NCBI GenBank assembly: GCA_043228905.1
Contig: JBHGNT010000004.1
Span: forward strand, 20,336,001 to 20,400,000
Length of the DNA stretch: 64,000 bases
Origin: Azolla caroliniana
Lineage: Eukaryota; Plantae; Polypodiophyta
Reading direction: 5' to 3'
Shown: positions 12,596-25,254 of the stretch, in pieces
Numbering within the stretch: position 1 is the first letter of the stretch
Layout: each line of letters opens with the position of its first letter
Notes under the pieces: model-generated
Told to the model about the DNA's origin: nothing
The model's database searches: none
The model's input: only the letters and a program-made list of their open reading frames with translations
Position numbers and translations under genes: made by a program

Positions 12596-14072
12596 ATTCT
12601 CTCTCTTCTCACAAGCCCTTCGTTTATTTGTTTTTCCTTGTTTTAATTAATTCTCTTCTTTTAGTTTCATGCTCTGCCTTCTTCTTCTTCTTCTTCTTTT
12701 GTTTTTTATTTTTTTTATCTCCTATTTTCCGATTCCCGCTAATTCATCCATTTTTTGTATTTTGACTTTTGGATTAGTTTAACCTAATCATTTCTTAATC
12801 AACTCCTCCTCTCCCCTTAAACACGCCTCCTAATGAAGGCCCCGACCCTCTCCTAATCGCCTCGTTCCCAGGGTTCCCATTACTTAGTTAACCTAATCAA
12901 AATTCTTAATCGACTTAGTTAACCTTACCCCCCTGTCAATGACTTGATTCTTTAACACCCTGTTTCTTATGCATTATGTGTTTCTTCTTAACCGGATGAG
13001 CTTAGCATGCTTGTGTATCATGTTTTCTCGACCACACAAACTTCCCTTGCATGCATGACTTTGTGTTTGGTAAAATGTATGGTTCGTTAATCACCCTTTT
13101 GACTTGGGATTTGTGGTTTCCCAGGTTTGAGTTCTGCCAACATATGGTTACCGATCTCCGCTTACAGGCATGCATGCTTTGTAATGCATGGTCCAGTAGC
13201 CGTACTTCTCTTATCTCCCTATTAATATCCCGATATTCTCCATCCTCCAGTTTTATCATCTCTAGGTGCGTTTGACCTAGCATCACCAACTCATGACTCA
13301 ACATGATCGTATGCTTTCCTTATTTTACATATACGAAACTTTCATGTAAATTTTATACAATCCTCACGTTGTTTATTGTTTCCGAGTATTTAGAATGCAA
13401 GCCAGCTAGCATGCACTTCAATGAACTATTCGAAGGAACTTTCTCATGGTTGTCATGGCTGGAGTTGGGGAAGAATGCTTAATTATTCATTGCATGTACA
13501 CCCCAACTTTTATTTAGCCTTTATGCTTAACCTTAAGGCGTATATATTGTAATCATGCTATTATTGGTATAAGTTTTTAGAGTCAAATATTGATAGCTTA
13601 TTCTATTGCCAGAGAAAAGTCTCTGGAGTTTTATTGGCTATTGCATTTCCTCTTTCTCTATTTTTTAACTCTCTTCACCAAGAATATGATGATCAATATG
13701 AAGTGAGATGGCACTGAATATGCATCACATTTTCCATGTAATGTACTGTATCCTTTAGATTGTTCCAAAAAATGATTTTCTACTCACTACAAGTCAACGT
13801 CTTTGCCGAAGTTGAATTGATATATCTTACATGCAAAGCAATATGTAGAAACTTTGCACCAGTATCATGTTACACCGTTGGTTTTGCAAGCCATAGGGTA
13901 GTTGAGTCTACGCAATTTCAACACAACTTGCTCTCTATCTCTACTCACCATTTGTCAAGGAAATATATGTTTTTGTCGTTAACTAAAACACACCTTGGAG
14001 TTCTCTTTTGTGAATATAATATCAAACGAACAACTTGAGAAACCAATGAACTCAATTTGTTTGAATCCTCTC

Positions 14073-14537
14073 AGGGGCCTGAATTTGACGGGTTATTATT
14101 AATGTTTTTTTATGGGCATTTTTTAAAGATGTATGTCATATGACACGAGAGTGCAAAAACTAACATGTCATTTGACATACAAATTTTAATAATGAAAAGC
14201 TCTATATGATCATTCATTGTTATACATTTCATTACTATAGAAAGTACACAAAAATGCAAATAAACATACACAAAGATAATAAAAAACGTATAGTATAAAT
14301 ATATTATTATACACACTTCATAGTACCTATATCATATATGTATGTAATAAGTGACATATCCATATATATGTAATATATATGACATGGAAAATATAATTTT
14401 AGCATGTCATTTGACGTGCATAATTTGTAGGGGCCTTTCACATGAAAATGGAAATTTCAACATTATATGTCACTTGACGGCCATTTTATTATGTGCATGT
14501 TTTTTACGGGCATGACACCCGTCAAATTCTTGCCCTG
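14073..14537. mobile_element. Non-autonomous hAT-like MITE
   Basis: TIRs (C)AGGGGCCTGAATTTGACGGG / CCCGTCAAATTCTTGCCCTG; ATCCTCTC on both sides (14065-14072, 14538-14545); AT-rich interior with repeated TGTCA/TGACA motifs. Left boundary ambiguous by 1 nt. Confidence 0.8.
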
Positions 14538-16419
14538 ATCCTCTCCATAGTTCTATTGTGTGTTTGGTCCTACATTGTTTAATGTATTCTCAGTTTGTCT
14601 TTTACACCCACAAATGTTGGAAATTTCCATTCCATTCTTTTGAATATGACATCTCGTCATTATGTTTATAGCTACTACAACCAGTCTACAACCTACCTTG
14701 TTTATGTCAACACAAGTTGGATATTTATTTTTCCTTGAAATAAAGTTGCCAAGTTTATTTCTCTTGGATCATCTATCCAAGCTTATCGCCATGTTCTGCT
14801 ACGTGCTAGGTGTTACAACGATGTCACGTCTTCCAAAATATCTTCCCAAAAGGATGCAATTTTGTAATGATATGTCCCCAACAAGCTTCCTTTGCACATG
14901 ACTCCATATTGAACCTTTTATAACAAGAAATGCTACATCTTCACATGATGAAATCCCCTTGATTGAACATTGAAATCTTTCAATTCTACAAAAGCACTAT
15001 ATCTATCCATTTCTACAAAGCCACTCTTCATAGAAATAAATGGCTACAATTTTGCATAATTATGATTGGGAAAATACGAAGATAAAAAGTCTAAGCATGT
15101 TTTAGGAATAAGCGTGTGCAAACATTAGGTAATATATTGTATGAGATTCCCGGTTTTGGCAATAGGGCAACCACAATTGTGTAGGGCTAGTCGACCATGT
15201 GATATCACCTTCTACCCTAGAATGATTACTTGTTTCGGTGACATAACAAATTTGATTGTGATGTTTACGAAAGAACGTGCTTTAATAATTGTGATTGAGA
15301 CATTGTATACAAGGGTATTGTTTGGTGCCCCAAATTCACTTTTTGATCAATTCCAATGGAAGTTCTGAGCATTTGATGTATATTTATGATTGAAGTTCAA
15401 AGCCACATAACTTACTTGAACAACATTCTATTCATCATTTGGTTCTCTTAATGACACTAATGTTTCGTTAAGCATAAGGGTAAGATCAACATTCTTTCTC
15501 AATAAAGCAAACGAAATGTTGCACTTTAGAAGATAATTTTTCATTGTTGGAGTTAGAACAATGAAAACACGCTCAAAGGTTTATATGAGAATTCTAAATC
15601 ACATTGTAAGAAAGTAGTTTTTTATTTTATTTTTTTGGTGTATTTATGTCTTTGTCCTCAACATGATATCATGAAACAAAAGTCAAGAATATTTTTATAG
15701 TGATCCATGATTGAGAAAAAGTGGTGAAATAAAAATTATTAGTGGAGAAAGTGTCCAAAAACCACAAGCAAGGGCAATTGCAATGTTGTTCCCAAACCTT
15801 GGAAAATGTCTTGTTTGGGGGAGTAAGTTTCATTCATATTTTCAAAGGTTGTTGCAATCGAACAATGTTGTAATTGAGCAAACATTTGATTGTATTAGAT
15901 GGTTAAAGGTACTACATTATGTTTGCATGTCTAGTTTATTGGAAGTTATATTCTAAAAGACTTTGATGCACACAAATTTTGAGCTTCGTGAAGCCAATAA
16001 TGGGTCAAACCATGGGGGGATGGAAGAGAAATATAGGCATGCCTACTTGAGAGAGAATCTAAAAATCAATGGGCATTTAAACTCATTAGAACAAACGAGA
16101 GTGAACTAAGTTGTCCCAATTTAACGTTGGTCTTGAAATAGTTTTCTTCCATAGGAATAGATTATAGGATGCTTAATTATTGGAAGAAAAGCTTATTTTG
16201 GAGTGGTTATTTTAATATATGTGAGCAAAATGCAACAAGCAGACACATTGCTAATGGATCCTTTATGAAGGACAAAAGTAGCTCAAAATAATATTCTCAA
16301 GATGGAAATAATAGGAATCACATATAAGTATATCTTATTTCCATTAAGTTTTAATGTATTATGATTCGTGAATTTGATAATTATCATTCTTAAACGATAC
16401 ATCTAGCTGTAATAGGACT

Positions 16420-16760
16420 TATCTATGCATATGGTGGCTCGTAGATTTTTGTTATTGCAAGAAATGTGGTCATAGTCACAACTGCAAAGATCAATTGCCC
16501 AATATTTCATCGACAATGAGGATAGAACACATGGGAGGACAACAATTAAGGCACTGTTGTGACATTATTGAATGAACATATTCTACTTAAAATTCCTTGT
16601 TCTTCATATGTTCAACACTTGGTTGTCTCATGGCATGAAACACTCTCCTTATTTGTATGTGCACCATCCTCTAGCAAAGAGCATTATAATTCTTTTACAA
16701 AAAGATTTACTCGTGTCTTCTTGGTTATTATGTTGGCTTGGAAAGCAGAGATTGTGCTTT
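16420..16760 (+). mobile_element. Degenerate fragment of the same LINE family as 18325-24102 (post-RT part of ORF2)
   Basis: Aligns by eye to ~22795-23135 ('cttatctatgcatat(g/a)gtggctcgtagattt', 'LKIPCSSYVQHLVVSWHETL' vs 'LRIPGSSCVQHLVTSWQEAL'). Confidence 0.8.
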
Positions 16761-17339
16761 GAATCACTTAGTTAACATTTAGAAATCTTCTCTTTACAAC
16801 TAACATGATGCGTTAACATTTCACTATTGCATTAATCTCCCTTGTTCCCTCACAAAGGAAATTTTGGTAAACTTTTCGCAATATGTGTATAACAAGGGAG
16901 TAGAGGTTCAATAATCCTCTCAAGTCCTCTATAAGTTAGTCATCTAAATTTGACATATGTTCATAATAAACGTGGAATTAGAGCATATCTATGAGTTGAA
17001 GTGAGTATTGATGTGACAATTTTGTTTATTAGAGTGTTCATACAAAAGATGGGGCTTGCTTTTTATAGATCTTACATGGAAGTACACACATCTTCTTTTT
17101 AGACAAAGGTGGCAATTCAATAAAACCTCAAACTACCTTGTACCCCACCTTGTATAATGATAAGGTGCAAGCATAGCCTATGGCTCCCCACAAGTCACGA
17201 GAATGATTCGACTCCCAGCCTCATGGCATCATAATTTTTTCGATGATACCCGTGCTATTATATTTTCTTTACCATTGCTCCCTTGGACTAAGAAAGCATT
17301 AAGAATATTGTTGCAACCTCTTTGGTTCATGTTGTGACA

Positions 17340-18005
17340 GAGGGAGAAAAGATAGGAGTTACATGAATTTCATGGAGTCATTTGGCTACACCCAAACGGT
17401 TAGGTGGTGTTACAATATTGAATTTGGAAATGTATTTAATGGCCCACACATTTGCATTATTACAAGATATGTGACAACAAGATCAACCATGGATAATATC
17501 TATATGCAATATTATTTTGAGAATGAAGGATTGATACGTGGAAAACTAAGATTCAAGCATTATGGTGGATATTGTTCAATGGATGCATTCCTCTAAAGAT
17601 TCAACATTCTATATGTACTCAATAATTGGTAAGCTCTAGACAATATGGCTCATCTCTTTTTTGAGTGGGCACCATCAAGAGTTTTGTAACTCATAACAAA
17701 ATGATTTGCTTGTTCCTTCTCGATTGTTGCATAGGCATGAAAAAGAGAAGTTGAGATGTTGGTTCAACAATTTATTTTAGTTGGGGTTGTAGCTTTGGGG
17801 GCATGTGGTTGATAATGAAACTCAAAGATTGTTGGAATTTGAAGATGTTAAACAATGATTATGTATTCCTCCATTTATGGATTTTTAAGAGAAATTATAT
17901 GATATACCATTGTTACATGGATCATTGTCAATGAAAGCAAAAATGATGCTCTTTGGGTGGATTGACGGCTAATGGATGATGCATGCTTGTTACAGGTCAC
18001 TTCAA
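17340..18005 (+). mobile_element. Older, more degenerate LINE fragment related to ORF2 of the downstream LINE
   Basis: Patchy similarity to ~22715-23385 (e.g. 'catttggctacacccaaacggttaggtgg', 'aaccatggata', 'ctcaaaga...ttggaattt', 'tgttacaggtcact'). Confidence 0.65.
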
Positions 18006-18275
18006 TATATTGTAGCATGGTGGTGGCAAACATTGTAGCATGTTTGGCATATTATTGTGTGCTTTTATGTGAGAGAGGGGGGGGGAGCGAGAGAATATAT
18101 ATATATATATAGAAGGTCGTGTGTTTAACCCCTACATTCCATAGTGACATCTAGTAATTAAGAGAATATATATAGATATATATGGACAATAGTTGGGTCT
18201 CATACCCAAGGGCCAAGACCTAAGATTAATAATCAAAGAACTTAACACTAGGGTACACTAATCGTGTGTGTGCAT

Positions 18276-18317
<42 letters not shown>

Positions 18318-18721
18318 AGAGAGAAAACGCAAGAGTGGAGAAGGGAAGAAGAAGCGAATTTGTTTTTATTGTTGCGATCTCTTTCGGTAATGGAATTGAG
18401 CACAAAGACAAGCGTTGGAAAGCCCTCGAGTAGAGCTTCACAACAAGATATAGCAAGTTGAATTTGGCGGTTTGTACGAGAAGCAGCGATAGCAATAAGG
18501 AATCTTGTGTTGTCGGCATCCACATACTCAAAACTCATTGTGGGTCTTCGATTGCTTTCAAAATCTTCGACCTCTTCAATCGTGTGAGTTCTGATTTTCT
18601 CTCTTGTTCATGGAAAATTGTTTTTATCTCGGATCGATATAATGATGGACATAAACATGAATTCCTCACAAATTGTGGGCGATATTGATATGGAAACAAT
18701 TGATAAAAAAAGAGTAATGTG

Positions 18722-20158
18722 ATGGTTGAATGTTACAATCGTGAAAGGGAAGACATTGGAAGCTCTAAGAGGTTTAAGGGAATTGAAGAAATTAATGAGA
18801 AAAAATTAACATATGCCGAAATAATACATGTAGATTGAGTTGACAAGGGTCACTGTAATTGGGATAATTTATGGGGAATTGCCAATACCTTATTGTCGGA
18901 TATTGTGGAAGAAAATGAAAATGCAGCGAAAGAATGCATTGAAGAGGATGTGCATGATGTGGAAGTTGATGCTAAGGCAGTTTTGCAATCATTTGATGTA
19001 TTCTATGATCGCGCTGTTATATTATTTTTTACCGGCAAACTCCCATATGTTAATTGGATTAAACAATGGTTGAACACAATCATGTCACCAAATTGTGTTG
19101 AAAATATATATGCGGGTCCACGAGGGTTTTATGATGTGGTATTTCGTTCACCAGAGCATCGAAGTGCATTGTTGGGTAAAGTTCCTATGTTTTTTGATAA
19201 ACGATTGGTGCATGTTATGCAATGGTCCCCCGTAGTGGGCTATCATGCTTTGTTAAAACAAGAATGTCCTGTTTGGGTTACAGTGGATTGTAAGCATGCT
19301 TTTTTATGGCCACTTTTACCAGAGTTGATGAGTAAAATGGGTAAAGTGTTGGTATCTCCACATGCAAATGCTACAAATAAGTGCAGATTTTGTGTGTTAT
19401 GGGATACAAGTCACAAGAGGCCAGGATGGGTGCGTATGAATGCTCATGGTATGAGAAGTCTTTGTTTTAAACTGAAGTGGGAGACATTTGCAGGCCATTG
19501 TTTTGGATGTGGTGAATGGGGTCACTATATGGCGGAATGCCAGGGTCATTGTCCTTCAACTACAGAGGTTCCTATTGAAGGGAACGATAAGGAAGGAGTT
19601 GGGAGAGATGTTGGTGTGTCAGATTTTGTGGATGAAGGAACATCACCTAGAGCAGGTTATAAAGAGGTCTCACTTCAAGGTTTGGGCCCTAAGAACAAGG
19701 GAATTGAATCTATGGATATGGAAAAACAAAGTTTAGTGGTTAAAGATAAGGGGAAAAAACCGTTGGATAGAGCTAGTAGTGATGTTGTTGACAAAGATTG
19801 GCATGAGGTTAAGGGCAAGTCGAAAAGGAAATCAATGAAAATGCAATGTAGTAGCTTGCCCACTACTCGTGTGACTACTTGGCAAGGTAATTCAGGAACT
19901 AGGGAGGGCCCTCGAAAAGTTCCTTGGCAACGACAATCTAGGGATAAGGGATTACCCCTTCACCTTCAATTTGATTCATTGGGACGAGTTGTAAATTCAT
20001 CGAATTCTCGAGGTTTTCGTCAAGCGGGAGGACCTAAAAAAAAGATTTCGATAGACAACCCTAAGGATGTTGTGCATGAAAATCCATATGCAGCATTGGA
20101 GCATGCTTTGACTAGTTTCATGACATCGGTTGGGCTAAAGGAGCAAGTGCTCCCATAA
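18722..20158 (+). pseudogene. LINE ORF1 (DUF4283/RRM-like region plus CX2CX4HX4C zinc knuckle)
   Basis: Frame open 18839-20158; in-frame ATG at 18722 separated by one TGA (18836); 'RGFYDVVFRSPEHR', 'VHVMQWSP', 'CPVWV', 'CFGCGEWGHYMAEC'. Confidence 0.85.
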
Positions 20159-20171
20159 CATTGTTGATTGA

Positions 20172-23100
20172 ATGAAAGTGCTAACATGGAATGTGAGAGG
20201 GGCATGTTCTCCTCATAAGAAGTATATACTATGGGAAACTTTGTTAAGTAGAGAATGGGATGTAGTATGTGCAGTTGAGCATAAGTGTCATGAGTTAGCA
20301 GGATCCACAATGCATTTGCGTGGATATTCATCATTTTATGCATGACATCTTAATAATCATTATTCAGGTGTGGTATTAATCGTGAGGGATAAGTATTATC
20401 CTCAAGTGGTGCATAATGATCCTTATGGTCGGTTTTTGGTTCTAGAAATCACTTTTTTTGGCGTGGTTGTGTGGGTGGTTGGGATCTATGCCCCTAACCA
20501 AGCCACTCAACGTATTGCATTATGGGGTTCACTCCTTCAAATCCTATCTATTGGACGTCAAGGATTACTTATGGGCGATTTTAACATGTGTGTTGATGCA
20601 TTTCAATCCACGTCTGAACATTCAATCATGGATGATCCTGAGCAACTTGCTTGGGACTCATTGGCTATGGAGGTTTTGAAGTTGGATGTTTGGACATGGT
20701 TGCAAGGGAATGATCCAGGTTTTACCTTCCAATCTGCTCAACATAGACAAACATGGAGTCGGTTAGATAGAATGTATGTGATGCATGATGATTCTTTTTT
20801 ACCGACATCACTTCGTATGAACGTTCTACAAGATGTTGGAACTTCAGATCACTTTCCTATTTGCTTGGAGGTGTGTAATCATGCAATTGACATGTATAAA
20901 TCTTTACTTGGAAAGCCTCCACTACGCTTTAACTCTTCTCTTTTGCTTCAACCTCACTTTGATTCTCTCATGGAGCAAATTTTGGTAAATTTTTCTCAAC
21001 AAGTGAATCTTAAAGGAGTTAAAGCATAGGATATCACATTACGAAACATTAACATCATTCATCGTATGTATGGAGTAACCAATGCTCAACGAAGAAGAGG
21101 TCTTATTCGACAATTCTCACAAGTTCTCTCTAGGTGTAATGCATTATTGATACATACACCATTAGATGAGGAGCTTTTGGATATTTAGAGTCAATTGCAT
21201 GTTATTATTTCTCAGTTGCAATGCCAAAGTTATCGTTATGCTAAGATGCGACAACTCATGGAAGGACTCATTGATAATCAATGTCAATCTCATTTGTTTT
21301 TCCAAGCATTACATCCTACTTATGCTCGATCTAATGTGGTACATGTGAAGCAAGGGGATGAATTGATAGTGGATCCTACAACAATAATTGACATATGTCT
21401 TCATTACTTTAAGGAGTTGATTGGTCCACAATTGTTAATGACAGATGAGGTGAGTAGAGCACGTCATGAGTTTTATGATGTGGTTGGATGTATTGTGCAT
21501 GATCTCATTAGTCATGAATTGGATGCGGATTTCACTGAGGATAACGTGGATGTAGTTTTAAGGCATCTTTCTAGTGGTAAGAGCCCTGGTTGAGATGGCT
21601 TGACAAATGAAGTTTTTAAGAGATATTCCAACATTTTAAAGGGGCCCTTGACTTTGATGTTTCAACAGTCTTGGGATTCTGGTTGTATGCCTCAAGCTTG
21701 GAAGATTGGTCTAATTAAACTAGTTCCAAAGGTGGCATCTCCTGAGTCATTTCATCAATGGAGACCTATTTCTTTGATGGGGGGGTTGTACAAGATATTT
21801 ACGAAGGTCTTGGCAAATAGATTACAAAAGTATTTGCCAAAGTTGATACACCCCGCCCAATATGGTTTTATTGCAAGTAGAAATATATTGCATAATGTGT
21901 TGAATGTTCAAATGGCCATGGATTATGCTCGAAACACTCATCAAGAATTGATTATTGTGCAATTAGATTTGGAGAAAGCTTATGATCATGTTAATTGGTC
22001 TTTTGTTTCTGGGTTAATGCATACAATGGGCTTTGGACCTCGTATGTCTCGCCTCATATTTTTATTAGGACAAGATGTAGTGTCTTGAGTAATGCTTAAT
22101 GGGGGAGTTACATCAGATATTGCCCTCACAAGATCTGTTCGTCAAGGATGCCCTCTTAGCCCATTGTTGTTTGCTATTGTTACTCATCCTTTGTTAGTGA
22201 TGCTATCAAGACTTGCAATAAATGGTGACATTGTGGGTTTACACCTTCTGTCCGGAGGGCAAATAGTAGCACAAGCTTTGGCGGATGATTCTTTCATGTT
22301 TTTACAAGCCTCACGGGAGAATCTTTAGAAGGGGATGCTTGTATGGAATCAATTTGCATTGGCTTCCGGATTAGATATTAATTGGAGGAAGTCTAGTCTC
22401 ATATCATGCACTAAAAGAGATTTGGAATGTTTAGGATGGCAAGGATCCGTGGTGAAGAAAGGCTCTATTTTTCGACACTTGGGCTATCCATTAGGAATGA
22501 ATGTTACAAATGGTCAATTGATTGAATGGATGTCTAGTAAGTTGAGGGATAAGTTCATGTATTGGAAGTCACAATCTTGGCCATTTCATGTTCGCTTGAA
22601 GGTTGTACAATGTATTATGGAACCCATGATATTATATTACTTGTCATTATTGCCATGGACAAAGAAGGCGTTGAATTCTGTTTTGCGACCTCTTCGATAT
22701 TTGTTGTGGAAGAAGAGGGATAAGATGGGAATCACATGGATTGCTTGGAATCATCTAGCAACCCCTAAGCGATTGGGGGGGGTTGGAATATTGAACTTAT
22801 CTATGCATATGATGGCTCGTAGATTTTCATTATTACAAGACATGTGTTCAAACTCACAACCATGGATATCTATTGTTCGATATTTAATTGAGAACAAGGG
22901 TTTAACACATGGGAGGACAATGTTTAAGGCTTCATGGTGGCAATTACTGAATGGATGTATTTCACTTAGGATTCCGGGTTCTTCATGTGTTCAACACTTA
23001 GTTACCTCATGGCAAGAAGCACTCTTGTTATGTGTATGGAAACCATCATCTAGTAGAGAGCATTGTAACTCTTTGCAAAAAGAGTTACTTGTGTCTTCTC

Positions 23101-24005
23101 GGTTATTATGTTGGCCAGGAAAGGAGAGATTGCGTTCTCAATTTAATCGTTTGTTTCGTTTGGGGGTCAAAGAGGTGGGAGATATAGTTGAGGTTCCATC
23201 TCAAAGAATTTTGGAGTTTACTGAAGCACGACAATTATTACACATCCTGCCTAATTATGGGTTTATTTGGCAACAACTACAGAATATTGCATTGATGCAA
23301 GGTCCCTTACCTCTACAAATAGTAGAACAACCGTGGATTGATTGGAGTTTAAGGGGTCAAACACCATTGTTACAAGTGACTACTAATCTTTTGTATCATT
23401 GTTCCGTTGAGTCTCTTGGATGATTATCATCTAAGGCTGAAGAAGAATGGAAAATACACAAATCTGATCATGGGTGGTGGCAGATCTTACAACGTAGTTG
23501 GCATTCTAAATTGCCACTTGTTGCAAAGGTATTCATTTGGAGAGTTTTGATCGGAGGATTGCCTTTGGGATTAGCTTTAAAGCGTTGTGGACTAGCAATG
23601 GGTACCTGCTTCTTTTGCACAGTTCAGATAGAAGATAGTACTCATTGATTTATACAATGTCCAATTGCTTGTCAAATTTGGAGTTACATTTCTCAAATTT
23701 GGCAAGTTTTATCACGGAGTTATTTGACACCTAGACAATGGGTGTTTGCACAATTTACACAGGCTGACCCAAAATCAGAGATGGAGATTGTTTTCCTATT
23801 TCTGAGATATTGGGGATTGCGTCATAATTGGAACATGCGCAACGCTTTTGTATTCAATGGTAGACATGGAGTGAAAGCATATCTACGAAAGTTGAAGGGA
23901 GTACTAATGTGGCAATTTTCTTTATTGGAACAAGTGGAAATTCTTTCCTCGGTGGAGTGTTCGTCTTGCCTATTGGCAATTCAACATGTTCCACTACCCA
24001 TGTAG
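20172..24005 (+). pseudogene. LINE ORF2 (APE endonuclease - reverse transcriptase - zf-RVT), single frame with 8 premature stops
   Basis: Starts 'MKVLTWNVRG', then 'DVVCAVEHK', 'IYAPN', 'MGDFN', 'SRLDRMY', 'SDHFPI'; RT 'KSPG*DG', 'WRPISL', 'QLDLEKAYDHVNW', 'SVRQGCPLSPLLF', 'LADD', 'HLGYPLG'; 'CFFCTVQIEDSTH*FIQC'. Stops at 20343, 21027, 21186, 21591, 22086, 22326, 23421, 23646. Confidence 0.92.
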
Positions 24006-24099
24006 TGTAGTGTGGTTAGTGTGTGACCATACTCCATTGTCACACGTATTGTAAGTAGTGTTTTTCACACACATTTATTAATATAATTGTGTGTTTTCA

Positions 24100-24102
<3 letters not shown>

Positions 24103-24179
<77 letters not shown>
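24103..24179. repeat. (GA)n microsatellite at the LINE 3' end
   Basis: Direct reading, about 38 units. Confidence 0.95.
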
Positions 24180-24182
<3 letters not shown>

Positions 24183-24821
24183 ATGTCTTCTAAGACCAAC
24201 TTTGGCCCATAAGTCAATTGGTTTAAAACAAAATGGGATGTGTACCCAATCATTGAAATTAAAAATAAAATAAAACATAGACAAAAGAGTTCTAGTATTG
24301 TAATTTGTACAAAAGGTGTTATTGTGTAATATATTCTATAAAGGAAATGACTATGTGCTAGGCCTAATTTCATTTCTATCCAAGTCTCTTGAAAAGGAGT
24401 GGGGGTCAAAGGGTTTCGATGTGGGTTTGGCCCGTGGTCTCGATGTAAAAGGTATCCCCACCATAGCTTCTAAGCAGTGTAACTCACGTTCCCTTATCTT
24501 CTTAATTTCTTCTACACAATGAGTGACTTAGAGGCCCGACATTTGAGGGCATTTGGTTGTTCCTTGATTTTATGCTTTAACGAGGGAGAGGCCGAGTTGT
24601 GCAAGTCTGTCCAACACAACTCGGCCTCTCTAGGAACTCCATTAGCACAACTATTGTCAACCTCAAGTTGGTGACGATACTCTCCTCTCCGTTGTCCAAT
24701 GGCAACCCTTAATGCATTTGGTAAGAACGTACCTAGATATTTTGGTCGTATAATAAAACCTAACTTAGAGAAGTGCACGAAGTGTTCCTTATAGTACAAC
24801 ATTTTAGATGAGAGACTAAAT

Positions 24822-24915
24822 GGGTGTAGCTCAATTGGTAGCATTGCCCAATGGAGACAAGGAGTTCATGGGTTTAACCTCCACATTACACATTGGCATC
24901 TAGTGAATTAAAAAA
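24822..24915 (+). mobile_element. Degenerate tRNA-derived SINE-like element
   Basis: A-box-like GTAGCTCAATTGGTAG and degenerate B-box GGGTTTAACCTCC at tRNA-like spacing, followed by a tail 'acattacacattggcatctagtgaattaaaaaa' that resembles 18112-18165. Not a clean tRNA cloverleaf. Confidence 0.5.
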
Positions 24916-25254
24916 TATGTATGAAGTACTAGAGAGATGAGAGAATTGTGTTTCAAACCCAAAACATATTGCTTGTAGTGTAACAACTTACCATTAGGAT
25001 AAGCTAATTATGATAAGAATTAAAGATGGTCACTCTTCTCGTTAAACTTTGACTATGATACTTAAATTATCATGTCTCCACCTAATAAGTCATCATCCTT
25101 ACTTCTTGCCATATCACACTTACATTGCCTTAGTGTTGAGCATGCAAGAAGTAATATTCATCCTTACATATCTTTCGACTATGGTGATGATGACATGATG
25201 CCTGCTACCCCAACACTTAACTTGTGTGAGCAAATTCAGAGAAATGTTCTCAAC

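Larger units (their letters stand above)
18325..24102 (+). mobile_element. Full-length L1-superfamily LINE (non-LTR retrotransposon), inactivated by nonsense mutations
   Basis: 5'UTR, ORF1 with a CCHC knuckle, ORF2 with APE endonuclease, RT and C-terminal zinc finger, short 3'UTR; bounded by (GA)n tracts at 18276-18324 and 24103-24179. Confidence 0.93.

Noticed and set aside
20172-24005. Idea that LINE stop codons are repaired by U-to-C RNA editing
   Set aside because: Such editing is organellar, and several stops derive from TGG (G>A), which U-to-C cannot restore.
24822-24895. Functional tRNA gene
   Set aside because: B-box and stems degenerate; no clean anticodon arm; treated as SINE-like.
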